64,000 nucleotides of DNA from the NCBI GenBank assembly GCA_049515895.1, contig JBEKTQ010000001.1, positions 1-64,000 of the forward strand, given 5' to 3'. Positions within the stretch are counted from its first letter, which is position 1; each line of letters opens with the position of its first letter. Both the position numbers and the translations under genes were made by a program. Shown here in pieces: positions 47,953 to 59,000 of this stretch. The DNA is from Candidatus Bathyarchaeia archaeon (GTDB lineage: Archaea; Thermoproteota; Bathyarchaeia; Bathyarchaeales; Bathycorpusculaceae). The notes below the pieces were generated by a model that saw only the letters and a program-made list of their open reading frames with translations, was not told where the DNA came from and ran no database searches.

Positions 47953-48159
47953 TTATGAAAAACCTTGATGTTGCTGTCGCATTGTTGTTTTTGGTGGTAG
48001 CCCAGGATTCAACCGGTTGTTTTCCTCCCCGAAATCTAAGCGCAATAGCATGTGCCTACACTTGTCATTTCTGCAACCATACAATATCAGGTTAGGATTG
48101 CCATAATTAACCCTCAAGACTTCGCCCTCCGATTTGCAGTTTTGACAGCGGGCAGACAT
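47953..48159 (-). CDS. Small Cys-containing (Zn-ribbon-like) hypothetical protein
   Basis: MSARCQNC...YGCRNDKC. Confidence 0.4.
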   Translation of the reverse strand: MSARCQNCKSEGEVLRVNYGNPNLILYGCRNDKCRHMLLRLDFGEENNRLNPGLPPKTTMRQQHQGFS

Positions 48160-48414
48160 TACTTGATTGTCCGAAAGGTATCCATCCGCTAGAAAAACGC
48201 TCCATGGTTTGTCCTTACTAATACCTAACAATTGAAAACCAACTTCCAAAAGAAGATTTTCTTAAAGCTCTAAGAGATAATATCGGCGTGACTAAAATTA
48301 ATTTGTGGTCACAAAGAGATGTAACATTTTTGAACAAATTCAGCATGAAAATTTCTTTTACAGCACGTAATCCTTTTATCGTGCAATTCCAACCGTTTGA
48401 AATGTGCATCCGAA

Positions 48415-48558
48415 ATGGTTAAGTGTCCTAGGTGCAGAGCAGAATTTACTAAGCTCCACAAGAAAATAGAGAATCCATATTTCTCATTGGCGTATTACAC
48501 TTGTGAAGACTGCGGTCATGTTTTCAAGGTGGCGCGCGTTGTATATCCAACTGCCTAA
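48415..48558 (+). CDS. 47-aa Zn-ribbon microprotein (not in ORF track)
   Basis: MVKCPRCRAEFTKLHKKIENPYFSLAYYTCEDCGHVFKVARVVYPTA. Confidence 0.7.
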   Translation: MVKCPRCRAEFTKLHKKIENPYFSLAYYTCEDCGHVFKVARVVYPTA

Positions 48559-48736
48559 TTCTCAAGCAAAAAATGTATGTAGAATTATGGATATAGAAAC
48601 CGCGATCAGGGGCTTTTAGTAATCCATAAACCACAAAAGCCTATTTCGTAATCTCATCTCTCTGATTTTCTATAAGTGCCTTCGTATGTGAGTTGTGTTT
48701 CAACTTTTACAATAGATAGTGTGCTTGTGGGATCGT

Positions 48737-49084
48737 TTAAACTGTCTGCTGAGACTCAAGTAGAATATCTTTGCCTTCAACCTTCACGACATAAGCAGGT
48801 TCATCTTTGATCTTTGGGTGCATTAAAGGAACCTTTGGACCAGAGACAACTTTCCCGGTTGTGACATCAAATTTAGCCTTATGCTTGGGGCAAGTCAATA
48901 TATTTCCTTCTAGCATTCCTTTTGAAAGGTCGCCCTTCATATGTGTGCAGCCATTTCCGATGGCGTAATAGACATTGTTTACATTGGCGATCAAGACTTC
49001 TTTTTCGGCAAGCTTTACGATCTTCATTTGTCCCAAGGGTATTTCCGAGGTGTCAGCAACTTTAACAAGAGTCACTTTTTTCAA
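48737..49084 (-). CDS. Rieske [2Fe-2S] ferredoxin
   Basis: CTH...CPKH..KFDVTTG. Confidence 0.92.
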   Translation of the reverse strand: MKKVTLVKVADTSEIPLGQMKIVKLAEKEVLIANVNNVYYAIGNGCTHMKGDLSKGMLEGNILTCPKHKAKFDVTTGKVVSGPKVPLMHPKIKDEPAYVVKVEGKDILLESQQTV

Positions 49085-49126
49085 CTCCCCTCATCATTCT
49101 TTCTCTCCTCACTCTTCTACCAAACG

Positions 49127-49759
49127 CTAATTGCTTATTGCTGGTGCTTGGTTCACGTATTCCATGTTGTCTATTTGTTTGAGCATGAAATCTGCGATGT
49201 CTGAGCGGGAAATCCACATTTCTACTTTACCGTCGCCAACATAGCCTGCTTTGACATTTCCAGATTTTGGATTGTTGTTAAGCATTGTTAAGCGGACGAT
49301 TGTCCAGTCAAGATCGGAGTTGCGCACGGCTTCCGCAGCATTCACTATGTCTTCGTAAGCTCCATGCATCGTAGTTTTAACTAGATTGACCATGGCTTTG
49401 GTTCGGAGGTTAGGCTTGTCGTTTGGATCCTTTGCACTGAGGGTTGAGGTCATAATTAGTCTACGCACCCCTTGCTTCTTCATTGCGACGATAATATTTT
49501 GTATTCCATGCGTTATCGGCTTGTTCTTTGAGCTTCCTCGCGGACCCAATGTACTAAGCACTGCGGTAACTCCTTGTATTGCGTTTTCAATCAAGGCTTG
49601 ATCGGCCAATTCACCCTGAACAACCGTTAAGTGCTCATGGGTGATGTTGAACTTAGATGGGTTACGTGCATAGGCGACCACTTCGTATCCTGCTGCCAGA
49701 GCCTGCTCCACAACCTGCTTTCCCGTGCCGCCTGTTGCGCCAAAAACAGCAATTTTCGT
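49127..49759 (-). CDS. NAD(P)H-binding Rossmann protein (BVR-B/NmrA-like); position equivalent to the start codon is ACG
   Basis: In-frame upstream extension (T)KIAVFGATGGTGKQVV restores GxxGxxG; GGTGGAG SD-like sequence upstream; SDLDWTIVR, ISRSDIADF. Confidence 0.82.
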   Translation of the reverse strand, partial: TKIAVFGATGGTGKQVVEQALAAGYEVVAYARNPSKFNITHEHLTVVQGELADQALIENAIQGVTAVLSTLGPRGSSKNKPITHGIQNIIVAMKKQGVRRLIMTSTLSAKDPNDKPNLRTKAMVNLVKTTMHGAYEDIVNAAEAVRNSDLDWTIVRLTMLNNNPKSGNVKAGYVGDGKVEMWISRSDIADFMLKQIDNMEYVNQAPAISN

Positions 49760-49999
49760 TAATACTCCACCAAACTTCGACTAATTGGCTCCTCGCATAA
49801 ATCTTTTGCCTAAATCAGTTAGTTACAAAAGTAAGTTCCTAGAGCAAAAATCCTCAAAGAAACCGCAATTACGGCATGATTTCGTTTAGGATCCTTTGAA
49901 AACACCAAAAAAAGGGAAGAAATTGCGGAAAGGGAGACTTCTCCATTGGAAGGTTTATTATAGACTGAGATGACGCTATTTTACTGAGCCGTGTAATTC

Positions 50000-50842
50000 G
50001 TGTTCAAAACCGTTGGATTGGTCGCCCGCTACGATAAGAAGGCAGCTTTGAAACTTGCTGAAGAGTTGGTGGAGCATCTTGCAAAGAAAGGATTGAAAGT
50101 TTACTTGGAAGACACCTTGGTGGGAAAGGTAGTTGCGCCTCAGGCAGAGATGGTTTCTCTTGAAAAAATGCAAACTGACTTCATAATAACGATTGGCGGG
50201 GACGGAACAATTCTCCGTACCTGCATCACCATTGCCAAGCCTGAACCCCCACTCTTAACCGTTAACATGGGTGAGCGAGGATTTTTAACTGAGATAGAAC
50301 CGAAAAACGCCTGCGAATCAGTGGACAAAATCTTGAGGGGCGAATACAAAATAGAAAAATGCGCTAAGCTATCTGTTGTGGCAAGCGGCAAGTCATTTCC
50401 CGATGCCTTAAACGACGTTGTCATTTCTGCCGGTGAACCGTCCAGCATTCTTAGTGCAAAGATATGCAAGGATGGAAAACCGATTCTTAAATGTCAAGCA
50501 GACGGATTGATCATTGCGACCCCAACAGGCTCCACGGGTTATTCTCTTTCGGCTGGAGGACCTGTTTTGGATTCCGGGGTTGGTGCCTTTGTCATAACAC
50601 CCATCTGCTCATTAACCGCCTTTCCTTCAATTGTCTTCCCAGCGGATTCAACCATAACCCTCAACGTGTTCCGCCCGAAGGAAGTGCTTATCTCGATAGA
50701 CGGAAAATACCGTAAACTCGTAAGCGACAAAGAGCCGACCCTAAAAGTCACCGTGTCAAAGAATTCGACGTCGTTTATCAGGTTTGAAGTAGACTTCTAT
50801 GACCGACTACGAAATCGACTTCTTTTTAAGGGAACACAATGA
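50000..50842 (+). CDS. nadK: NAD(+) kinase
   Basis: IGGDGTIL, DGLIIATPTGSTGYSLSAGGP. Confidence 0.95.
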   Translation: MFKTVGLVARYDKKAALKLAEELVEHLAKKGLKVYLEDTLVGKVVAPQAEMVSLEKMQTDFIITIGGDGTILRTCITIAKPEPPLLTVNMGERGFLTEIEPKNACESVDKILRGEYKIEKCAKLSVVASGKSFPDALNDVVISAGEPSSILSAKICKDGKPILKCQADGLIIATPTGSTGYSLSAGGPVLDSGVGAFVITPICSLTAFPSIVFPADSTITLNVFRPKEVLISIDGKYRKLVSDKEPTLKVTVSKNSTSFIRFEVDFYDRLRNRLLFKGTQ

Positions 50843-51390
50843 AAACCCAAACTGGCAATCAATGCAAAAAAATAATCATACTGGATACCTCTGCTTTTTT
50901 GGCGGGCTTTGACCCATTCTCTTTAAGCGAAGAGCAAGTAACCGTTCCCAGCGTTGAAGAAGAAATAAAAAGAAACTCGATGATTTCCACGCGGTTTAGG
51001 ACAGCCATCGAAAGCGGGAAACTCAAAGTCAAAGCGCCTAGCCAGAAGTTTCTCGACGACGCCAAGGTTTCTGCAAGCAAACTCGGCGATTCATACCTTC
51101 TTTCGAAGGCGGACATCCAACTTTTGGCTTTGGCACTTGAAATGAAAACCGAAGGCTACGCCCCCCAAATCGTTACCGACGACTATTCAATCCAAAACGT
51201 TGCGACACAGAGGGGAGTTGAATTCTTGGCGCTCGCCACTTTCGGGATCAAACGCCTTCTGGAGTGGATAAGATACTGCCCAGCATGTCACAGAGAATAC
51301 CCTGCTGACTGCGTATCCAAAGAGTGCTTGGTCTGCGGCACCCAGCTAAAGAGAAAGCCGCGTAGAACCGTCAAGAATGTGCACACTTGA
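50839..51390 (+). CDS. nob1: Nob1-like PIN/Zn-ribbon endonuclease
   Basis: ILDTSAF, LS.AD..LLALA, TDDYSIQNVA, CPAC...CLVCG. Confidence 0.9.
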   Translation: MKTQTGNQCKKIIILDTSAFLAGFDPFSLSEEQVTVPSVEEEIKRNSMISTRFRTAIESGKLKVKAPSQKFLDDAKVSASKLGDSYLLSKADIQLLALALEMKTEGYAPQIVTDDYSIQNVATQRGVEFLALATFGIKRLLEWIRYCPACHREYPADCVSKECLVCGTQLKRKPRRTVKNVHT

Positions 51391-51395
51391 TCGGC

Positions 51396-52730
51396 TCAAG
51401 TTTCCTTCGCGACCTCTGTAATTGTATCCTCAATGATATCCAATGCCGAGTCTAGCAGGTCTGTTTGTATGGTAAGCGGTGGAGCTATTCTAAGCGTTGA
51501 AACCCCACACGTAACAACTGCTACTCCACGCTTCCACGAACGCATCATAACCTCGAAGGCCTTCTTTGCTGCGGGTTTTCTTGTTTCCTTGTCCTCTACG
51601 AGTTCAACGCCGATCATCAGCCCTTTTCCGCGCACCTCTCCTACTAGGTTATTAGTTTGTCCGAAATCCACCAGTCGCTTCTCAATATAATCTCCCTGCT
51701 TTTTCGCGTTATCTAGCAAACATTCTTCTTTTATGACGTTGAGGACTGCGAGGGCGGCGGCGCAGGACACTGGATTTCCCCCGAAGGTGCTTGCATGCGA
51801 ACCCGCGGTCCAATCCATAATGGACGCTTTGGCGACGGCAGCGCCAATTGGTAAGCCTGAAGCTAAGGCCTTGGCACAGCTGATTATGTCGGGTTCAACA
51901 CCCCAATGCTCGATGGCGAACCATTTGCCAGTTCTGCCTATGCCCGACTGCACTTCGTCGTCAATTAGAAGTATCCCGTATTCGTTGGCGATTTTCTTGA
52001 GTTTTTGGAAAAACTCCGGTGGAGGAACCACGTAGCCGCCTTCGCCTTGGATAGGCTCAAAAAGAATAGCCGCCACGTCTTCGGGAGGCATATACTTATG
52101 CAGAACTTGCTCTTCGATGAAGTCTGCACACCAATAATTGCAGTTGGGACGCGTTAACTTGAATGGGCAACGGTAGCAATATGGGTAGGGAACATGGGCT
52201 ACGCCGGGCATCAGGGGAGAGAAATATCGCCTTTGGACCGCTTTGCTGGCGGTGAAAGCTAACGAACCCATCGTTCGACCGTGGAAAGCGCTTACAAAAC
52301 CGATGAACAAAGGTTTTCGCGTATGCCACCTGGCAAGTTTAACTGCCGCTTCAACGGCTTCGGTGCCGCTGTTGCCGAAAAACGTTTTTTTCTTGGATTC
52401 GCCAGGAGTGATCTCCGACAGCTTTTCGGCCAGGTTGATTGCTTCTTTGTAGTAGAAGTCAGTGTTGGAATAATGCAGGAAGCGGCTGCACTGAGCTTTT
52501 ATGGCGTCCACGACACGGGGGTTGTTGTGGCCAACGTTCATGCAGGCTATGCCAGCGTTAAAGTCGATGTACTCGTTTCCATCAACATCTTTAACTATGC
52601 AGTCGTTCGCTGAATCGATACAAAGCGGATAATACCGCAAGTAAGACGGAGAAACAAACTGTTCATCCTTCTTAACTAGCTCTCTAGCCTTGGGTCCAGG
52701 GGGAGAAACAACAATTTTTGGATAAGACAT
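51396..52730 (-). CDS. Class III PLP aminotransferase (4-aminobutyrate/acetylornithine-like)
   Basis: NSGTEAVEAA.K, FHGRT, EPIQGEGG, DEVQSG.GRTG, AKALASG, TFGGNP. Confidence 0.92.
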   Translation of the reverse strand: MSYPKIVVSPPGPKARELVKKDEQFVSPSYLRYYPLCIDSANDCIVKDVDGNEYIDFNAGIACMNVGHNNPRVVDAIKAQCSRFLHYSNTDFYYKEAINLAEKLSEITPGESKKKTFFGNSGTEAVEAAVKLARWHTRKPLFIGFVSAFHGRTMGSLAFTASKAVQRRYFSPLMPGVAHVPYPYCYRCPFKLTRPNCNYWCADFIEEQVLHKYMPPEDVAAILFEPIQGEGGYVVPPPEFFQKLKKIANEYGILLIDDEVQSGIGRTGKWFAIEHWGVEPDIISCAKALASGLPIGAAVAKASIMDWTAGSHASTFGGNPVSCAAALAVLNVIKEECLLDNAKKQGDYIEKRLVDFGQTNNLVGEVRGKGLMIGVELVEDKETRKPAAKKAFEVMMRSWKRGVAVVTCGVSTLRIAPPLTIQTDLLDSALDIIEDTITEVAKET

Positions 52731-52809
52731 TTCGGAGAAAACTCCATCAAAAAAGGACTAGTAGACACGCAATATTAATCTTTAGTCGCAAAGAATGGCA
52801 GCATTTAAT

Positions 52810-54615
52810 TTATAGAAACGTTAGAATCAAGATTAAGATTAGCCCTTCCAACCCGAAGACCGGAATTACCGTTTGCTTGACTTTTTGAATTGCTCGGTCA
52901 ACTAGCGTGGTCATTGACTTCAACCGTTCTTCCCCAATAGTTCTGACTTGGGGAACAACCAATTGCAGGCAACCTGCGTTTGAAACTTCCAAGTTATCTG
53001 CTGCCTTCTTCGCTACGTCACAGATAATTCGTTTCAGCAGTTCCTGATCCATGGCTTCGCCCACAGGATGGTAGCCTCGGCGGCCAGTGACGATTGCGCT
53101 TACTGCATGCGTATCCGTGGTGAAGACTTCGCTCTCGCTGAAACCAGCCAAAGCCAACGCTGCAAGAAGCTTCTCTCGCAAACGAGAAATCATGTTATTT
53201 CCATCGACAACAACGTAGGCCGTTTTCTGCTCCTGCACCTCAACAACTATTGCGGTGATCCCGCCGCTTCCCATTCCTGACTTGAGAGAAAACTCAGGAG
53301 GATAAACGCTGGCGGCGCCGACCCTGAACTGGCTGGTTGGTTGTGTGACCACTTTTTGGAGACATTTTGAAGCGGCAGCGTGCAGAGCATCTAAATGCTC
53401 TTCGACCTCTACGATGTCCGTGATGCTGTTGTGAGCATTAACCACCATAAAGTGGTTTAAGCCGTATTTTGCTGCTTCCTCACTTACAATGTGGCCTAAC
53501 TCTTGTGGAAGGTCTTCAGTTGTTTCAGGAGCAAGCGTAAAACTGAGAAAGACAGTATCGCCGAAGATCTGGCATGAAGCAGACGCCACCCCTTGAGAAA
53601 CCCGAACAAAAGGCGACGCCGAAGCAGCTGACGCCTTAAATCGTGCAGAAGATATCACTTGAGAGATGATTTTGCGGTTCTGCGCTTGTGATGCCAAATC
53701 GCGTTCATGCCCCAATATGCCCAGCGGCGTGCAAGCTTCGCAGTTGTATTCTCTCTGAAATTCATGCTTCATCATAGAAGGCAAGAGGCTGCTGCCGATG
53801 TTCTTGAATGGCCCTGGGTGCACACATGGAACGATTATGGCGGCTTTAGGTTTGGATGATTCAAACTTCAAGAGGTTAACTTCGATGTCCTTGTCCTCAC
53901 CCATGTCTTCAAAGAATTTTTCAAGAGGGGCATTGGAACCCGTTACCCAGTTGGCTATGAAGGCTTTGAAAAGGGGAAGTGAGGAAATTGAGTATTTCCT
54001 GCCCAAACGCTCGATGGGAAAAAAGAACAGTAGCGCCGTCAGCAATGCGACTACTGGAGAGAGAATTATGAAGGGCAGAACCTGCAAAAGTGGGATACCA
54101 TTTGAAGCCCAAAGGACAACTAAGGGAACTAAACACAGTGACGGCTGGAGCAAAACTGATAATCCCCTCCGCCACACATCTGCACCAGACGTGGCCATAA
54201 ACACTATGATTCTAAGGGTTACGATTCCGGCGAAACCTATCAGAGTGAGCTTTTCCGACAGTTGCCAACCGAAAAGGGAACCTAACGCGACGCCGATTAG
54301 TATGAAGATTAGCCAGAAAACCAAACTGAACAACGAAAGCACATGGGTACGCCGCATAAGGAAAATCGGGTCGTTTCTAAGAATTAGTTTACTGACTATT
54401 AAATCCGCGATAACCGTAAGGACAAAAAGCGAAAGAGCAAGAAGGAGGGCACGGATTAAACCCTGAGATGGAACGGCATAAGTCAACAGCCCAATCACGA
54501 AGCACACAACTGCGACAGCTACAAGCGCTTTTTTGAGCGACGGAAGAGTAAACATGGATGAGTAATGTTTCTTCGCGTCGTCTATGGAACGGTTAAGCGA
54601 ATTTGTGTCGTCCAT
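52810..54615 (-). CDS. DUF2070 family membrane protein
   Basis: N-terminal TM bundle; HPGPF.N.GSS, DGNN, TTDTH motifs. Confidence 0.85.
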   Translation of the reverse strand: MDDTNSLNRSIDDAKKHYSSMFTLPSLKKALVAVAVVCFVIGLLTYAVPSQGLIRALLLALSLFVLTVIADLIVSKLILRNDPIFLMRRTHVLSLFSLVFWLIFILIGVALGSLFGWQLSEKLTLIGFAGIVTLRIIVFMATSGADVWRRGLSVLLQPSLCLVPLVVLWASNGIPLLQVLPFIILSPVVALLTALLFFFPIERLGRKYSISSLPLFKAFIANWVTGSNAPLEKFFEDMGEDKDIEVNLLKFESSKPKAAIIVPCVHPGPFKNIGSSLLPSMMKHEFQREYNCEACTPLGILGHERDLASQAQNRKIISQVISSARFKASAASASPFVRVSQGVASASCQIFGDTVFLSFTLAPETTEDLPQELGHIVSEEAAKYGLNHFMVVNAHNSITDIVEVEEHLDALHAAASKCLQKVVTQPTSQFRVGAASVYPPEFSLKSGMGSGGITAIVVEVQEQKTAYVVVDGNNMISRLREKLLAALALAGFSESEVFTTDTHAVSAIVTGRRGYHPVGEAMDQELLKRIICDVAKKAADNLEVSNAGCLQLVVPQVRTIGEERLKSMTTLVDRAIQKVKQTVIPVFGLEGLILILILTFL

Positions 54616-54864
54616 GTTAACAGCTCAAGGTTGAGTTACTTAAGGAAACAGGAGAGGCTTATTAAAATTTAGTCAAGGTAGACTTGAAGTCTTGACAGGA
54701 AACACACTTTTTCTGCAATAGACTGCTGATTCGGCTGATGTTTTAGCACCTAGAAGTCAACGCACGGGGGAAAAGCAGGCTTTCCCAAGCTTCATCGCTG
54801 AAAATCAACATGCTGCATCAGGGCAATTGTTTTATCTTTAACTTGACTACTGTATTAGTTTGCG

Positions 54865-55161
54865 ATGGCTATGTCAGAACGAGACTTGCCTCCTTCAATA
54901 TTTCACATGCTGGAGCGAAACGTGGGCAAGAAAATTAGGGTAATCATTGACCCAGCTTACGGTTTCGAGGGCACACTAGCCGCGGTGACATATGAGCCGT
55001 CGGGAATCTGGCTATCTGAGGCAGAAGCTATCGTTTTAAGATCAACCATTGCGCAACCCATCCCGCAAATTACAAGTCGAGAAGAAAGAAGCGAGATATT
55101 TCTACACTTGAATTCAGTTCAAAGAATAGAGGTTCTGCACGCAAATGCTCCTAGACGGTAA
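54865..55161 (+). CDS. Sm/Lsm-like fold small protein
   Basis: L...VGKKIRV.I....FEGTL...IWLS.A...IF.HLNSVQRI pattern. Confidence 0.55.
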   Translation: MAMSERDLPPSIFHMLERNVGKKIRVIIDPAYGFEGTLAAVTYEPSGIWLSEAEAIVLRSTIAQPIPQITSREERSEIFLHLNSVQRIEVLHANAPRR

Positions 55162-55170
55162 ACAAAGCTT

Positions 55171-55344
55171 TTAAGGGAAGAATATTTTCGCCATCACTGA
55201 AAGAACAATTAGTGTAACTGAAAAAACCACAAGCAGTTCAGGTCTCATTTTTATCCCTTCAGTTTCTTCCTCGAAGAATCTGAGCAAACCCGCGCTTGCT
55301 GCAGGCATTGGACCAGTGTCTTTCTTTTTCCTTCTAGTACTCAC
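55171..55344 (-). CDS. secG: Preprotein translocase subunit Sec61beta (not in ORF track)
   Basis: MSTRRKKKDTGPMPAASAGLLRFFEEETEGIKMRPELLVVFSVTLIVLSVMAKIFFP; AGLLRFFEE + C-terminal TM. Confidence 0.9.
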   Translation of the reverse strand: MSTRRKKKDTGPMPAASAGLLRFFEEETEGIKMRPELLVVFSVTLIVLSVMAKIFFP

Positions 55345-55482
55345 TAGCTATCCCTGCCTTCTCAATGTTACCGTATCCATTAATTAATGTTGCGCAGACT
55401 GGCAATCCGAAACCTTCACTTTCGTTGATGGTTAGAAATGTTTAAACTCCGCTTTGTTTAGACACTAAAACTCGGGGAGCAC

Positions 55483-55773
55483 ATGCTCATAAGTGAATTC
55501 CAGCAGATGATGCGTCAACTATACTTCAAGAGAGACTTTGAACGGGGAGCAGAAGGAACTTTCAATTGGCTTGTTGATGAAGTCGGGGAATTAGGGGAAG
55601 AACTGAAAAAAGGAACCGACAGGGAAGCCACTGAGAAAGAGTTCGCAGACGTCATTGCATGGCTTGCTTCTCTTGCAAACATAATGGGAATCGATCTGGA
55701 GCAAGCAGCTGTCAACAAGTACAATTATAAATGCCCAAAATGCGAACAAACCCCATGCCAATGCAAATTTTAA
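55483..55773 (+). CDS. MazG-like nucleotide pyrophosphohydrolase
   Basis: WLVDEVGEL...EFADV.AWL.SLAN..GIDLE...KY..CPKC..PC.C. Confidence 0.9.
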   Translation: MLISEFQQMMRQLYFKRDFERGAEGTFNWLVDEVGELGEELKKGTDREATEKEFADVIAWLASLANIMGIDLEQAAVNKYNYKCPKCEQTPCQCKF

Positions 55774-56021
55774 CCCTGCAGCCGCTTCTGCCCTAAGCCA
55801 GTAGCAGCCCAATTGTAGGGTCTGCGTCCGTTTCGGGTTACGATGCCTTCGTTTTTAAGAAGAGATAGATGATGAATTACAACTTTGTAGGAAAGAGATG
55901 TGGTCTTGGCTATTCTCGGAGCATCGCATGGCTTGTCTTCGAGAGTTTCAAGAATTTTGCTTCTTGCCCTAAGACCATTCTTCATGTTTCTCGTGTTTCT
56001 CAAGTAAGCGTTGGGATGCAA
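55770..56021 (-). CDS. ArsR-like winged-helix protein
   Basis: RSKILE.L...IAK..LSY.VV.HHL.LL..EGIV. Confidence 0.8.
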   Translation of the reverse strand: MHPNAYLRNTRNMKNGLRARSKILETLEDKPCDAPRIAKTTSLSYKVVIHHLSLLKNEGIVTRNGRRPYNWAATGLGQKRLQG

Positions 56022-56063
56022 AGAGTCACCGGTAGAATACTCCGCTGTTTAGATTGAAAAGCT

Positions 56064-59000
56064 TTAGCTACTGAAATCGAAAAGTTTGGCTTGCTTCGGC
56101 TTTTTGTTGTCAAACATGGATGCTATTTCTTCTTTTATGAGGACCATGCGCTGGGTATAGTAGGTGGGTAAGCCGTACTTGTCAACAAGTTGCTGTGCCG
56201 CGACCAGATACTTCTCTATGTTGCCTTGGTATACGGTAAGAGTTAACTTTCCGCCGCAGAAGGGACATTTACCTTTAAGGGGCAATCGACGAAATTTTTT
56301 GTTGCATGATTTGCACCTGAAAGACTGGGTTGAGAAAGCTCGCAGGTTGCCAGCTATGTCTCTGATAAGGTGAGTGGTCAACACTTTTAACGCTACACGT
56401 TTAACGTCTACAGCATCAATTCTTTCCCCTAACTCCAATTGCTTGTTAAGTTTATCTGCCATCGACTTGAATTCTTTGTATGAGCTGTTGGCGTTCCCCA
56501 CGTTTATGTTGGTCACAGGAGTCGTGTACTGGAAACCTTCGAACTGGGCTTCAGTTCCAAGCCTATGGCTAATGACATCCATAATGGAGCTAACGGGTCC
56601 AGCCTCGCCTTTATCCCAAGTTTTCAAGTAGAACTCCACTGGGTAAGTCTGGTCAACGTCGAAATCGTGAGCTTGCCTCTGCACCTCTTTGGTATTGACA
56701 AACGGAATTAGCAGTATCGGAGCATCCATGATTCCTCCTATTTGAGCTGGCAAGTAAACGCGAGAAAAATTCAGAAGCGTATCTAGCGCCAACATAATCG
56801 CGTCTTCATCCCCATCGCAGTCACGACGCTTGGCCGAGTGCCAAATGGGATGTGCATAAATCACGTTGCGATCGGTGAAGCCGACAACACGCCCCAGAAT
56901 GCATGCGCATGTGTGCGGAGCTAAACCGAAAATGAGGTGGCCAACAAGGTCTTCAGGCTTCTTGACGCTGTAGTAAGGGGGAAGCTTGTAGACTCTGACT
57001 AGCAGGTCATCGATGAAAGCTGCAATTTGAAGGAAGTATTCTCCAGCTTTCCACGGAATTACCACGTCCTGGACTTTGAGTTCACAGACCTGGTTAGCGT
57101 TAGTCAAGGGGAACCCATGAGTGTCGTAGCTATATCCTAGCTGCCTTATTTTTTCAATGGAAATCCCAACTTCCTTGGGAGTAAAATGGGTGAGTGGAGC
57201 ATTTGTGCCGTCAAAACGGATTGTCCCATCCTTGTAAACCGACAACTCGTACTTTGCCCTCAAAATCCCCTTCTCGACAATTTCAGGAGTCTTATTCAGG
57301 TTCGTTAATCCTTTAACGCCCCTCAAAAGTTTTGGAGCGGAATAACCAAGCGATTTGCAAGCGTCATCAACCAACTCTTTGAAGTTAACTGACTGACGCT
57401 GGTAAAAGATAGGGTCTGCTTTGCAGGTTGGACAGGGGTTATCTTTCAATGCTTTTCCGCATCGTGGACAGCATTTCTCCTCTATAGTTTCGCTGCCGCA
57501 GCTCGGACATTTTATCCTGCGAGTGTAACTTTTACAGTTGAGGCACTTACGCCTTACCATTTCAACGAACACATGCTCTTGCTTTGCCGCTTCCAAAAGA
57601 TCTCTGTGTGTGCCGCCCGCTAAGCTTACGGGGAAAAGAACGTGAACAAGAGGCTTCATCTCGCGCCTTTTAGCCTTTTCAGGGCGCCCCATGCGTCCGC
57701 CGACGTAAGTTGGTGCCTTTTCCTTAACTTGCACCCCCGAAAGCCTGCTGATTGCTTCTGTCACACTCAGGGGTTCGGCAGCATCAATCATTCTGCTGGC
57801 GCCGTAACCGAGGCTGAATGCGAAAGCCGCAGCGTCTTCTCCTTCCATACTAATTTTGCCCTTAATGATTTTGTGTGGAGCAAAGATCTTCCTTAACAGT
57901 GCCACGACATCTTGGTTATTTTCCCCCGCAATCCTGCAGACAACATCCTCGTACTTCGTCACTTCTGAGGAATCCAACCAGCTTCTCAGCTCTTCAACCT
58001 CTTGAGCATTGGATAAACTTGACCAAAAAAAAGTGGCACTGGGGTGCAAAGGAACACCAAGGTGTATGCTGAGAAGAATGGCTTCTTTAGCGGTTGGTTT
58101 GTTGCTGAAGGGATCTTCGAGGAACCCCTTGATTTTTTCCACGGAAATCTGAGCGGCGTCAGCTGCTTTCCGGATGTCAGAGACGAATTTATTTGCGATT
58201 TGGCTCTGGAGATCCTTATTCCACCATTCCTCAACGTACCCTGAAGGAGGAAGGCTCTTGTTTGAGTAGAGGAAGTCGCCGAAACTGATGAGGATGTCGC
58301 CTAAGAATAGTATTTTCTGGATTTTGCCCTTAACTTCCGCAAAATTCTGAATTGAAACCCTTACAACTGAATTATCTTTAAGCAGAACAACGGGAGGTTC
58401 GATCGAGTCCACTGGAAGGGTAACGCAGCCTTTGCCGGGAAGCTCCAGACGCATCTGCGTGCCTGCTGCCAGAAAGTTTTCAAGCACAAGCATAGTTGCG
58501 GGATGAATGCCGACGGCTGACAACCCTGTGTTCCGTGACCTGCCATACCGCAGCCTAAAGCCGCCGCGTCTTGAGGGGAAAGCAAATATCGGCCGCCCGG
58601 CTATCACGTCATCCATGAAGCCGCCTGACTTCTTCTCTGACTTCTTCTTGAACTCTTTGAGCCAATCCCAACCCTGAAAACCTATCTTCTTGATAATCAC
58701 GTGGACTTTTTGGGCACGCCCCACAATGCCGTCGTTAACAACCCTAAGCGCACCACCTCTTACACGGTTTGTTTCAACTCTGGGAAGGTTTCGGTATGAG
58801 GAAACTTCAACTGGGTCGGATTCGGTGCCCGTGCATTCCACCGGAATCAGGTAAAGCGCTTTCTTTAATTCGTCGTCAGGAATGTGGTATTGAAAACGGC
58901 CTACGGATCGTTCATAGAGCCTAAGTTCTTCAGTGAAACGGGCAACTTCTTCCTCCGTGGGCTTGTACCTATCCAACCCTAACTGTTGTCTGACGAAGTC

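Noticed and set aside
53798-54466. 222-aa + strand ORF and the many other 60-190 aa ORFs nested within long genes
   Set aside because: Antisense or alternate-frame shadows of well-supported CDSs, with no recognisable motifs
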